From NCBI GenBank assembly GCA_030650275.1, contig JAUSEK010000026.1, forward strand, positions 1 to 62,491: DNA of 62,491 bases, read 5' to 3'. The position numbers and the translations under genes are program-made. Within the stretch, counting starts at the first letter, position 1; the number at the start of each line of letters is the position of its first letter. Shown here one piece after another: positions 53,247-62,491 of the stretch. A model generated the notes under the pieces. That model was given only the letters and a program-made list of their open reading frames with translations. It was not told where the DNA came from and did no database searches. This DNA is from Candidatus Omnitrophota bacterium (lineage in GTDB: Bacteria > Omnitrophota > Gorgyraeia > Zapsychrales > Fredricksoniimonadaceae).

Positions 53247-54251
53247 ATGGCACAACGATTGACCTATAAGACCGCCGGGGTGGACATTGACGCGGCCAAC
53301 CGCTTCGTGGACGGCATCAGGACCATGGCTAAAAGTACGGCGAGACCCGGTGTGATGTCGCGCCCTGGTTCTTTCGGTGCGCTGTTCGCCCCACCGCTCA
53401 AAGGATATCAGAAACCGGTCTTGGTCTCGTCCACCGACGGGGTTGGGACAAAATTGCTGGTGGCCAATGGGGTTGGCCAACACGGCACCGTGGGCATTGA
53501 CCTCGTGGCCATGAACGTCAACGATATCCTGTGCACGGGCGCCAGGCCGCTGTTTTTTCTGGATTATATCGCCTGCGGGAAATTAGACCGCAGGGTGCTC
53601 AATGATGTCATGAAAGGGATCGTGGCCGGCTGCCGGCTTGCCGGATGCGCGCTCATCGGCGGAGAAACCGCCGAGATGCCTGGCATGTACAGGCCCAAGG
53701 ATTATGATCTGGCTGGTTTTACCGTTGGCATTGTTGATAGGGACAAGATCATTGACGGTTCCACGATCAAAGCAGGGGACGTGCTCATAGGCCTTCCGTC
53801 GTCGGGTCTGCATTCCAACGGTTACTCGCTGGCGCGCAAGGCCCTGTCATTGCGCGAGCAGAAAATGTACGCCGGGATCCTGCTTAAAGCCACGTGCATT
53901 TATGTCAAGCCGGTGCTGGACCTGATCGCCCGCGTGAATGTCAAAGGCATGGCGCACATGACCGGCGGGGCATGGGTTGAAAAGTTGACAAAAATCTTGC
54001 CTAAGGGTTTATGTTTTTCCGTCGATAAGAATAGTTGGCCCAAGCCGCGTATTTTTCAATTGATCCAAGACAAGGGCAGGGTGTCTGAACATGAAATGTA
54101 CCGCACCTTTAACATGGGCATCGGATTCGCGCTCGTGGTCAGCCCCCAAAAGGCCGCTTTAGCGCAAGCAGTTCTGCGCCGGCATAAGGTGGAGCCGTTT
54201 GTGATCGGTCAAGTGATCCGGGATTCAAAACGCAAAGTAGTGTTTAGATAA
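53247..54251 (+). CDS. purM: AIR synthetase
   Basis: YKTAGVDI, DGVGTK, GGETAEMPG, GLHSNG. Confidence 0.97.
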   Translation: MAQRLTYKTAGVDIDAANRFVDGIRTMAKSTARPGVMSRPGSFGALFAPPLKGYQKPVLVSSTDGVGTKLLVANGVGQHGTVGIDLVAMNVNDILCTGARPLFFLDYIACGKLDRRVLNDVMKGIVAGCRLAGCALIGGETAEMPGMYRPKDYDLAGFTVGIVDRDKIIDGSTIKAGDVLIGLPSSGLHSNGYSLARKALSLREQKMYAGILLKATCIYVKPVLDLIARVNVKGMAHMTGGAWVEKLTKILPKGLCFSVDKNSWPKPRIFQLIQDKGRVSEHEMYRTFNMGIGFALVVSPQKAALAQAVLRRHKVEPFVIGQVIRDSKRKVVFR

Positions 54252-54252
54252 A

Positions 54253-54280
54253 TGGATTCCCGCTTTCGCGGGAATGACAA
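54253..54280. repeat. REP single copy
   Basis: TGGATTCCCGCTTTCGCGGGAATGACAA. Confidence 0.85.
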
Positions 54281-54285
54281 TCCAT

Positions 54286-55569
54286 ATGAATATTCTGGTC
54301 ATTGGCTCCGGCGGACGCGAACACGCGCTGTGCTGGAAGATCAAACAAAGCCCTAAGGTCAAAAAACTTTTTTGCGTGCCGGGCAATGGCGGTATCAGCC
54401 GCATTGCCGAATGCGTCAACATCGGCGTTGAGGACATTGACGGTCTGTTGAAATTCGCTTTTGAAAAAAAGATCGACCTGACCGTGGTCGGGCCTGAGGC
54501 CTCCCTGGTCAAAGGCATTGTGGATGTTTTTACGCAGAAGGGCATGAAGATCTTCGGCCCCAGCGCTCTGGCCGCGCAATTGGAGGGCAGCAAGGCCTTT
54601 GCCAAAGAATTCATGCACCGGCGCAATATTCCGACGGCGGTCTACAAGGTCTTTGATGATGCCGCAAAGGCCAACGCTTTTTTGGCGCAGGCCCAGTTCC
54701 CCCTCGTGGTCAAGGCCGACGGCATTGCCGCGGGCAAAGGCGTTTATGTGTGCGGCCATTTGAAGGAAGCGCAAACGGCCATTGATGAGATCATGGTCCA
54801 GAAGATTTTTGGCAACGCCGGGGACCGTGTCGTCATCGAGGAATGTCTGCAGGGGGCAGAGGCGTCGATATTGGCCATCAGCGATGGCAAACATTTTTTG
54901 GTCCTGCCCGCGGCCCAGGACCATAAGCGTATCTTTGATGACGACCTGGGACCCAACACCGGCGGCATGGGTTCTTATTGTCCGGCCCCGGTGGTCACGG
55001 CGGATGTTCTTAAAACGGTCATTGCCCGCGTGATCGAGCCGGCGATCCGCGGCATGTATCAGGAAAACGTGCCTTTTAAGGGCGTTTTGTACGCCGGGCT
55101 CATGCTCACGGCGTCGGGGCCCATGGTGCTGGAATTCAATGTGCGTTTCGGCGATCCAGAGACCCAAAGCATTTTGCCGCGTTTAAAGACGGACTTGGTG
55201 GAAATTATGCTCGCGGCCTGCGACGGGCATCTGCATGAACTGTCCGTGCAATGGGACCCGCGTTCCTGCGTGTGTGTCGTCGTCAGCGCCGGCGGGTATC
55301 CGGGCCCGTACCAGAGCGGATTTCCCATTACGGGACTGGATGAGGTCGCCGATGAGGACACGGTCGTATTTCACGCGGGGACAAAAAATGACGGCGGCAC
55401 CCTGGTCACCGGCGGCGGGCGTGTTTTAGGCGTCACCGCTTTGGGCCATGGTTTGGAAGAGGCCATCGCCCATGCTTATAGCGCTCTCGAAAAGATCCAT
55501 TTTGACCATTGCTTTTTCCGGCGCGACATCGGTCAAAAGGCCTTGAAAGCCGTCGGAGGGAAAAAATGA
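54286..55569 (+). CDS. purD: Phosphoribosylamine-glycine ligase
   Basis: MNILVIGSGGREHAL, KADGIAAGKGV, GPNTGGMG; start moved out of the REP. Confidence 0.97.
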   Translation: MNILVIGSGGREHALCWKIKQSPKVKKLFCVPGNGGISRIAECVNIGVEDIDGLLKFAFEKKIDLTVVGPEASLVKGIVDVFTQKGMKIFGPSALAAQLEGSKAFAKEFMHRRNIPTAVYKVFDDAAKANAFLAQAQFPLVVKADGIAAGKGVYVCGHLKEAQTAIDEIMVQKIFGNAGDRVVIEECLQGAEASILAISDGKHFLVLPAAQDHKRIFDDDLGPNTGGMGSYCPAPVVTADVLKTVIARVIEPAIRGMYQENVPFKGVLYAGLMLTASGPMVLEFNVRFGDPETQSILPRLKTDLVEIMLAACDGHLHELSVQWDPRSCVCVVVSAGGYPGPYQSGFPITGLDEVADEDTVVFHAGTKNDGGTLVTGGGRVLGVTALGHGLEEAIAHAYSALEKIHFDHCFFRRDIGQKALKAVGGKK

Positions 55570-56630
55570 AAACCAGGGTGCTCACCATCAACAGCGCGCT
55601 CCCCGAGCCCGACAAGATCGCCGAGGCGGCGCGCGTCATCCGCCGGGGCGGGCTGGTCGTTTTTCCGACGGAAACCGTCTACGGCATCGCGGCGGATTCC
55701 AATAACCCCAAGGCCATGGAACGTTTAAAGAAGGTCAAACGCCGCGCGGAAGACAAGCCATTCTCCATTTTGGTCGCCCAGCGCGGCATCATTGACAATT
55801 ATTCGTCTTATACCGAACCGAATTTGTATAAACTGATCGACAAATACTGGCCCGGACCTTTGACGGTCATTGTTCCGGCCAGGGAGGAAGGGGCGACCAT
55901 CGGGGTGCGCATGCCCGACCACACCATTGCTTTGCGCCTGGTGGAAGAATCCGGATGCACCATTGCCGCGCCTTCGGCCAATATTGAAGGGAAAAAACCG
56001 CCGACCAACCTGCGTGAGGCGATGGTGGACCTTGAGGGCCAGGTGGACCTAGCCATTGACGGGGGAGGCGTTGAGTTCGGCGTTTCCTCGACCATCGTGG
56101 ATTTCACGAAGGAGAAACCGACGGTCATCCGCGACGGGGGCATCACCCAGCCGGACGTGGACCGCACCATCAACAAAAAGTGCGTTCTGTTCGTATGCAC
56201 CGGCAACAGCTGCCGGTCGGTGATGGCCGAGTATCTGCTGAAAGCAAAACTCAAAGGTCGTCCGGACGTGGAAGTCCTTTCCGCCGGCACGAACGTTTTT
56301 TTCAAGACCCCGGCCAGCCAGGAGACCATCGCGGTCTTAAAGCAGAGGGGCATTGATGCCGGCGGCCACCAGTCCACACCGCTGGGGCGCATCATGCTAC
56401 GCAAGAGCGACCTCATCTTCGCCATGACCCGCGGCCACCGCGCCCAGATCCTTGACCGCGTGCCGCCCGTCGAGAAAAGGGTGTATCTGCTCAAGGAATT
56501 TGCCTCTGATCCCCGCAGTGTTGAGACCGACATGGACGTGCCGGATCCCATCGGCCAGCCGCGCGCGGCTTATGAGGAATGCCTGTTAACCATTGATGAG
56601 GCGGTCGGAAAGATCGTGGACCTTTTATGA
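55566..56630 (+). CDS. tsaC: TsaC/Sua5 threonylcarbamoyl-AMP synthase fused to a low-molecular-weight PTP (YwlE-like)
   Basis: FPTETVYG, WPGPLT, APSAN; then FVCTGNSCRS (CX5R) and DVPDPIG. Confidence 0.9.
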   Translation: MKTRVLTINSALPEPDKIAEAARVIRRGGLVVFPTETVYGIAADSNNPKAMERLKKVKRRAEDKPFSILVAQRGIIDNYSSYTEPNLYKLIDKYWPGPLTVIVPAREEGATIGVRMPDHTIALRLVEESGCTIAAPSANIEGKKPPTNLREAMVDLEGQVDLAIDGGGVEFGVSSTIVDFTKEKPTVIRDGGITQPDVDRTINKKCVLFVCTGNSCRSVMAEYLLKAKLKGRPDVEVLSAGTNVFFKTPASQETIAVLKQRGIDAGGHQSTPLGRIMLRKSDLIFAMTRGHRAQILDRVPPVEKRVYLLKEFASDPRSVETDMDVPDPIGQPRAAYEECLLTIDEAVGKIVDLL

Positions 56631-57079
56631 AAATTTTTATCGGCGCGGACCACCGCGGTTTCCCATTGAAAAAGAAAGTCACCGCTCACTTGGCCGCCCT
56701 GGGCCACCAGGTCACGGATGTGGGCACCAGCGTTGAGGGTGTGGATTGCGATTATCCGCCCATTTCCAAAGACGTGGCCCTGCGCGTGGTCAAAACAGCG
56801 GAAAGCCGGGGCATCCTTTTGTGCATGACCGGCATCGGACATTCCATCGCCGCCAACAAGGTGCCCGGGGCCTACGCGGCTTTGTGTTACAACACCCAGG
56901 CGGCCCGTTTTGCGCGCCAGCACAATAACGCCAATATCCTGGTCATCGGTGCCAAATTCGTCGGCGAGGCCCAGATCCTGGCCATCATTGACGCCTGGCT
57001 GACGTCGGAATTTGAGGGCGGCCGGCATTTGCGCCGCACCGATCAGATCAAGGCGATCGAACGGGAATTCTTAAAATAA
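56627..57079 (+). CDS. rpiB: Ribose-5-phosphate isomerase B
   Basis: GADHRG, CMTGIG, HNNAN, FEGGRH. Confidence 0.95.
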   Translation: MKIFIGADHRGFPLKKKVTAHLAALGHQVTDVGTSVEGVDCDYPPISKDVALRVVKTAESRGILLCMTGIGHSIAANKVPGAYAALCYNTQAARFARQHNNANILVIGAKFVGEAQILAIIDAWLTSEFEGGRHLRRTDQIKAIEREFLK

Positions 57080-57101
57080 AATTATCTTGAAAGGGACTAT
57101 G

Positions 57102-58343
57102 ATGGACCATTTGCGCCGCACCGATCCGGAAATTTCCGGGGCCATTCAACATGAACTCAAGCGCCAGAAGAACAATCTGGAACTCATCGCCTCCGAGAAT
57201 ATTGTCTCTGCCGCGGTTCTGGAGGCGGCAGGGTCGGTCTTGACCAATAAATACGCGGAAGGGTATCCGGCGGCGCGCTGGTATAACGGATGCGAGCACG
57301 TGGACACGGTGGAACGCCTGGCTATTGAACGGGCCAAGGCCCTGTTCGGCGCCGAGCATGTCAATGTCCAGCCGCATTCCGGTTCCCAGGCCAACACGGC
57401 CGTGTATCTGTCCGTGTTAAGCCCCGGCGATACGGTCATGGGTTTGGACCTGGCCTGCGGAGGGCATTTGACCCACGGCTTGAAGATCAATATTTCCGGA
57501 CGCCTGTATCATTTTGTTTCGTATAAGGTGGATCAAAAGACCGAGCTCATTGATATGAATGAGGTTGAGCGTTTGGCGGTGGAACATAAGCCCAAAATGA
57601 TCGTGGCCGGTTATTCCGCGTATTCAAGACCTTTGGATTTCAAACGTTTCCGTCAGATCGCGGACAAGGTTGGCGCGTATTTATTTGTGGATATGGCCCA
57701 CTTTGCGGGATTGGTCGCGGCGGGGTTACATCCGAGTCCCGTGCCATACGCCGAATTTGTCACCACCACGACGCACAAGACCCTGCGCGGCCCCCGCGGA
57801 GGCATGATCCTTTGCCGTCAGGAATTTGCTAAAAAGATCGACAGCGCCATTTTCCCCGGCATCCAGGGCGGGCCTTTGATGCACATCATCGCGGCCAAGG
57901 CCGTATCGTTCAAAGAGGCCTTGTCCCCGGAATTCAAGCAATACCAGAAGCAGGTCGTTTCCAACGCCGTCGCGTTCGCCAAGGCCCTTGCCGCGCGGGG
58001 CTACCGGATCGTGTCCGGCGGAACGGACAACCATTTATTGATGGTGGACCTGCGATCCAAAAATATTTCCGGCAAGGACGCGGCCGGACTGCTGGACAAA
58101 GTGCAGATCACGGTCAACAAGAACCTTGTGCCGTTCGATCCCCAGCCCGCGACGGTCACCAGCGGCGTGCGCATCGGCACCCCGGCGGTGACGTCCCGCG
58201 GGATGAAGGAAAAAGAAATGGACAGGATCGCCCAATTGATCGAGAGCGCCATTGCCGGCCGGGCCGACGCCGCTGCTCTGGAAAAGGTGCGCGCCGACGT
58301 GCAGAAATTAACGGACGAATTTCCCATTTATCAGGACCTATAG
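57102..58343 (+). CDS. glyA: Serine hydroxymethyltransferase
   Basis: [25 protein letters not shown]. Confidence 0.97.
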   Translation: MDHLRRTDPEISGAIQHELKRQKNNLELIASENIVSAAVLEAAGSVLTNKYAEGYPAARWYNGCEHVDTVERLAIERAKALFGAEHVNVQPHSGSQANTAVYLSVLSPGDTVMGLDLACGGHLTHGLKINISGRLYHFVSYKVDQKTELIDMNEVERLAVEHKPKMIVAGYSAYSRPLDFKRFRQIADKVGAYLFVDMAHFAGLVAAGLHPSPVPYAEFVTTTTHKTLRGPRGGMILCRQEFAKKIDSAIFPGIQGGPLMHIIAAKAVSFKEALSPEFKQYQKQVVSNAVAFAKALAARGYRIVSGGTDNHLLMVDLRSKNISGKDAAGLLDKVQITVNKNLVPFDPQPATVTSGVRIGTPAVTSRGMKEKEMDRIAQLIESAIAGRADAAALEKVRADVQKLTDEFPIYQDL

Positions 58344-58346
58344 ACC

Positions 58347-58850
58347 ATGCGTTGCCCCTCGTGCGGATATAAAGACACCGGTGTTGTGGATTCGCGTTTG
58401 AACAGCGATGGGACATCCATCCGCCGCCGGCGCAAATGCCCCAAGTGCGAGGAGCGCTTCACCACCTACGAACATATTGAGCAATTGCCTTTGATGGTGG
58501 TCAAGCGCGACGGCCGGCGCCAGCCCTTTGACCGCGCGCGCATCCTCAATGGTGTGGTCAAGGCCTGTGAGAAGCGGCCGGTGAGCGTGGACCAGGTCGA
58601 GGCCATGGTGGACAGCATTGAGCACGCCGTGCGTAAGAAATACGACCAGGAAATCAACGCCAAGGACATCGGCGAGATGGTCATGGACCGCCTCGCGGTC
58701 CTGGACGAGGTCGCTTACGTGCGTTTCGCCTCGGTCTACCGGCAATTCAGGGATGTCAACCAGTTCATGGACGAGTTGCAGACCATTTTGGGCAAGAACA
58801 AGGCCAAGAACAAGAAACTGAAAGCACGCAAGGCCAAAAGGAAAGGCTGA
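58347..58850 (+). CDS. nrdR: Transcriptional repressor NrdR
   Basis: MRCPSC..RRRRKCPKC..RFTTYE, ATP cone, AYVRFASVY. Confidence 0.97.
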   Translation: MRCPSCGYKDTGVVDSRLNSDGTSIRRRRKCPKCEERFTTYEHIEQLPLMVVKRDGRRQPFDRARILNGVVKACEKRPVSVDQVEAMVDSIEHAVRKKYDQEINAKDIGEMVMDRLAVLDEVAYVRFASVYRQFRDVNQFMDELQTILGKNKAKNKKLKARKAKRKG

Positions 58851-58851
58851 T

Positions 58852-59259
58852 ATGGTCAGGGTTGAATTGGTCAAGATCATCATTGACGAGAAACGCCAGG
58901 ACCAGATCATCGTCCTTAAGGAAAAGGACGGCGAACGCCAGATCCCGGTCGTCATCGGGTTCATGGAGGCCTCCAGCATCCGGCTGAAGATCTCCGGCGT
59001 GGACATGCCCCGTCCCATGACCCATGATCTTTTAGTCAATGTCATTGAGGTCCTGGGCGGCCGTTTGGAGCGCGCACTCATCGACAAACTCGTTGACAAT
59101 ACTTTTCATGCCAAACTAGAAATAAGGTCCAAAGAGGGGGAGATCAAGCTCATTGATGCCCGGCCTTCGGACAGCATCGCCATGGCCGTGCGTCTTAAAT
59201 CCCCCATTTTTGTCGCCGATGATATTTTTGACAAGTCGGCCATGCCGCAACCGGAATGA
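58852..59259 (+). CDS. Bifunctional nuclease family protein (DUF151)
   Basis: IPVVIG..EA, RPMTHDL, DARPSDSIA. Confidence 0.9.
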   Translation: MVRVELVKIIIDEKRQDQIIVLKEKDGERQIPVVIGFMEASSIRLKISGVDMPRPMTHDLLVNVIEVLGGRLERALIDKLVDNTFHAKLEIRSKEGEIKLIDARPSDSIAMAVRLKSPIFVADDIFDKSAMPQPE

Positions 59260-60677
59260 TCCTCCTCAACCTTCCCCATTTAAAAATTGTCCGGGACCTC
59301 GCCCGGAGGAAAAAGATCAATGTCCATTTGGTCGGCGGTTTTTTGCGCGACCATCTTCTGGGAAAAAAAAGCACGGACCTTGATTTTGCCGTCGGTGAAA
59401 ACGCTGTCGCTTTCGCCCGCGCCTTTGTCCGCAAGGTCAAGGGTACTTTCGTGCTTTTGGACAAAGAACACGGCTGTGCCCGCGTTGTGTGCAAAGAGGG
59501 TCAGGCGATCTGGACTTTTGATTTTTCAGACCTTCGCGCCCCCACCATCAAGGCCGATCTGCACTCCAGGGACTTTACCATCAATACGTTATGCGTGGAT
59601 GTCACGAACCTCAAAGATACTGACGATCTGCAAGAAAATATCGTGGACCATTGGGGCGCCGCGCGCGACTTGAAGACCAAAACAGCGCGCATGGTGTCCG
59701 TTGATGCTTTTAAGGACGACCCCTTACGACTTTTGCGCGCCTACGCGTTAAAAGCTGTTTTTGGTTTGAAGATCGAATCTAAAACTGTTGCCCGCATTAA
59801 AAAAGACGCGGACCTTATCCTGAACGCGGCCATGGAACGGGTGCGCGAAGAAGTGTTCAAGGTCCTTTCTTCGCCGAGGGCTTATGAAACGACCGTTCTT
59901 TTGGACAAGGACGGGTTGTTGGCCAGGGTCCTGCCGCAATTGAGCGTCATGCAGGGCGTTCATCAGGGCGGGTATCATCATCTGGACGTGTGGCGCCATT
60001 CGCTGGAGGTCCTGCATCAGTTTGAACTTCTTTGCGCGCAGGAAAAAGACCCGCGAATACAGGCTTATCTTGGCGAGGAGATCGCTGGAAACCATTCGCG
60101 CGCGGCGCTTTTGAAATTAGCCGCCTTGCTGCATGATGTCGGCAAGCCGGACACACGAAAGCCGGAAGGCGAACGCATCACCTTTCATGGCCATGAACAC
60201 GTGGGCGAGCGCATCACGCGGTTGGCGGCCAAGCGTTTGAAATTGTCTGTCAAGGAACGCCATTTTCTGGAAGACGCGGTGCGTATGCATTTGCGGCCCG
60301 GATACCTGTCCAATTTCCAACGTCCGACGGAAAAAGCAATATTCCGTTATTTTCGCGACACCGGAAAAGAGGGCGCGGCCATTGCGCTTTTGGCCATGGC
60401 CGACCAGCGCGCGACCCGCGGGCCTTTGACCACGCTGGAAAAAGCCGAACACCATGAGAAAATTTGCCGCATGGTCCTGGCGCGTTTCTTTGAGGAAAAA
60501 AATAAGGCCCCGCTCAAACGCCTGCTCACCGGCCGTGACCTTATCAAAACATTGAAATTAGAGCCCGGTCCCATTTTTGCCAAGATCCTGACTGCCGTTG
60601 AAGAGTCGCAATCATTAGGGAAGATAGCAACCAAGGCCGAAGCGTTGGCCTTGGCTAAAAAAATAGCAAAAGTATGA
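59256..60677 (+). CDS. tRNA nucleotidyltransferase/CCA-adding-type enzyme with HD domain
   Basis: VGGFLRD..DLDF, RDFTIN, DDPLRLLR, LLHDVGKP. Confidence 0.9.
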   Translation: MILLNLPHLKIVRDLARRKKINVHLVGGFLRDHLLGKKSTDLDFAVGENAVAFARAFVRKVKGTFVLLDKEHGCARVVCKEGQAIWTFDFSDLRAPTIKADLHSRDFTINTLCVDVTNLKDTDDLQENIVDHWGAARDLKTKTARMVSVDAFKDDPLRLLRAYALKAVFGLKIESKTVARIKKDADLILNAAMERVREEVFKVLSSPRAYETTVLLDKDGLLARVLPQLSVMQGVHQGGYHHLDVWRHSLEVLHQFELLCAQEKDPRIQAYLGEEIAGNHSRAALLKLAALLHDVGKPDTRKPEGERITFHGHEHVGERITRLAAKRLKLSVKERHFLEDAVRMHLRPGYLSNFQRPTEKAIFRYFRDTGKEGAAIALLAMADQRATRGPLTTLEKAEHHEKICRMVLARFFEEKNKAPLKRLLTGRDLIKTLKLEPGPIFAKILTAVEESQSLGKIATKAEALALAKKIAKV

Positions 60678-61360
60678 TCTATAAGTTAGACAAAACTGTT
60701 GTGAGTGTCCGGGGGAGCGCGGAGAAGTTCTTGAGCGGGCTGACGTCCAACACGCTGGATAGGCCGCGCAACGCATTCCTGAACATGCATGGCCGCATCG
60801 TGGCCACCTTTGATCAGGTCCGCGCCGGTGATGACATATTCCTGTTGGTCATTGCCTCGTCGGCGTGGGAAGCACTCAAGGCGCATACGGATAGATACGC
60901 GCGCCTGAATAACACCACGATCGAGCCCGTGGCCTTGAACGCGTATTTTGATCTCTCGGGTGATTGTCCGCTGTCCGGGGGGGAATACGCCATTCCTCAA
61001 AATTCCGGACGCATCATTCTGACGGCCCGCGCAATACCTTTGGATGTTGCCGCGGACGCGTTCACCGTATTCCGTCTTCAAAATAATATCCCTCTGCACG
61101 GCGTGGATTATCACGATGATTTTATCCTCAACGTCCACGAGAATGATTTTGTGTCTTACACCAAGGGGTGTTTTTTGGGACAGGAACCGGTGTCCAAGGT
61201 GCATAACCGTTCCAAACCGACCTGGCAATTGGCCGTTCGCTGTGAAGACGGGTTAAGCGAAGAGGAGAAGGCCAAAATGACCTCCAAAGCCCGCGACCCC
61301 AAAACCGGCCGCACACTTGGATTTGTCTTTGTCAAAAACGCGCCCGCTGTGGTAGAATGA
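60674..61360 (+). CDS. Short YgfZ/GcvT-like folate-binding protein
   Basis: FLSGLTSN, KGCFLGQE. Confidence 0.8.
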   Translation: MIYKLDKTVVSVRGSAEKFLSGLTSNTLDRPRNAFLNMHGRIVATFDQVRAGDDIFLLVIASSAWEALKAHTDRYARLNNTTIEPVALNAYFDLSGDCPLSGGEYAIPQNSGRIILTARAIPLDVAADAFTVFRLQNNIPLHGVDYHDDFILNVHENDFVSYTKGCFLGQEPVSKVHNRSKPTWQLAVRCEDGLSEEEKAKMTSKARDPKTGRTLGFVFVKNAPAVVE

Positions 61361-61385
61361 CATCCTAAAAATTAAAGGAGTTCCC

Positions 61386-62491
61386 ATGAACATCCGTACA
61401 AAGTCCGTTCACACGGGCGTTAACATTGACACGACGTTCAATTCCGTCATCACCCCGATCTATCCGACGTCCACGTTCTTTTTTGACGCCATCGGAAAGC
61501 ACAAGGGCTATGATTACACCCGCAGCGGCAACCCCACGCGCGCGGCGCTGGAGGCCAATATCGCGGCCCTGGAAGGCGGGGTCAATTGTTCGGCGACCGC
61601 CACCGGCATGGCCGCCATCACCGCGGTCCTGTTTTTCCTCAAGCCCGGCGACCATATCATCACCGGCGACGACATTTACGGCGGCACCTACCGTTTGTTC
61701 AACGCGGTCTTAAAGCCCATGGGCTTTGATTTTTCCTTCATCAATATGCGCGACCTCAAGAAGGTCAAGGCCAGCGTCACGTCCAAAACAAAAATGATCT
61801 GGATCGAAACGCCGTCCAACCCGCTGTTGAATATCGTGGACATTGAAGGGGTCGTTGCCATCGCCCGCAAGAAAAAGATACTGACCGTCGCGGACAATAC
61901 CTTTTTGTCCCCGTATTTCCAGAAGCCGCTGGAGCTCGGTGTAGATATGGTGGTCCATTCGACGACGAAATACCTCAACGGCCACAGCGATGTGGTCGGT
62001 GGGGCCATTGTTTATGCCAACAATGATCTGAAGGAACGCGGCCGGTATCTGGTCAATGCGTTGGGCGTATCGCAATCGCCGTATGACGCGTGGTTAGTCC
62101 TGCGCGGGATCAAGACGCTCGGCCCCCGCATGGAAGCGCACCAGAACAATGCCATGGCCGTGGCCCGTTTCCTCGAGGGGCACAAGAACGTCAGGAAGGT
62201 CTATTATCCGGGGCTTAAAAGCCATCCCCAGCCGGAGCTGGTCCGCAAACAGATGACAGGTTTCGGCGGCATGCTGGCCTTTGAGCTGAACACCGGCAAG
62301 GTCCTATTAAATACGTTTTTCAAGAAATTGAAATATTTCGCCCTGGCCGAATCATTGGGCGGGGTGGAATCATTGATCGAGACCCCGTGGTATATGAGCC
62401 ACTCGTCCATGGGGCCGACGGCCTTAAAGGTCTCCGGCATCACCAGGGAAACCGTGCGCGTTTCGCTGGGCATTGAAGGCGCCGAAGATCT
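61386..62491 (+). CDS. Cys/Met PLP transsulfuration enzyme (cystathionine gamma-synthase/lyase), 3'-partial
   Basis: AGGAG SD; YTRSGNPTR, ETPSNP, HSTTKYLNGHSD, AESLGGVES; runs off the window. Confidence 0.92.
   Translation, partial: MNIRTKSVHTGVNIDTTFNSVITPIYPTSTFFFDAIGKHKGYDYTRSGNPTRAALEANIAALEGGVNCSATATGMAAITAVLFFLKPGDHIITGDDIYGGTYRLFNAVLKPMGFDFSFINMRDLKKVKASVTSKTKMIWIETPSNPLLNIVDIEGVVAIARKKKILTVADNTFLSPYFQKPLELGVDMVVHSTTKYLNGHSDVVGGAIVYANNDLKERGRYLVNALGVSQSPYDAWLVLRGIKTLGPRMEAHQNNAMAVARFLEGHKNVRKVYYPGLKSHPQPELVRKQMTGFGGMLAFELNTGKVLLNTFFKKLKYFALAESLGGVESLIETPWYMSHSSMGPTALKVSGITRETVRVSLGIEGAED

Overview
Bacterial chromosomal window, lineage not determinable from sequence alone. The giant gene style resembles that reported for Candidatus Omnitrophota/OP3 (inference). 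Bases 2-26041 are the 3' part of one uninterrupted ORF of more than 8,660 aa that is still open at the left edge. It is a chain of cytoplasmic-type domains: GH77 glucanotransferase, glycogen debranching enzyme, GGDEF, GNATs, GT4 glycosyltransferase, about five SAM methyltransferase folds, HExxH motifs, HTH, RNAP alpha-CTD-like repeats, extended SDR, TPR and sigma-70 region 2. The domains are separated by repeated transmembrane-hairpin linker cassettes. The most striking observation is in the last 3 kb of the ORF. Two complete and one truncated antisense transcription units are nested inside it, each with a TTGACA-17-TACATT promoter, structured leader, SD, a 70-76 aa membrane ORF and an ATGA-coupled 34 aa membrane ORF, while the giant frame stays open across them. 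Their leader motif (hairpin with UCCCC loop, then UCUCCCCAAA) recurs in the comM leader. The rest of the window (26-62.5 kb) is mostly housekeeping: secreted coiled-coil protein, BrnT/BrnA, comM, L,D-transpeptidase, accA, rlmN, 2 tRNAs, iscS, birA-bioFHCDA, mnmA, pgi, tatAC, hemW, polyprenyl synthase, pur operon, tsaC-PTP fusion, rpiB, glyA, nrdR, CCA enzyme and a partial transsulfuration gene. It also holds several REP-like palindrome families (some in frame within genes) and a candidate small RNA. All domain calls come from motif recognition by eye, domain boundaries are approximate, and no database searches were run.
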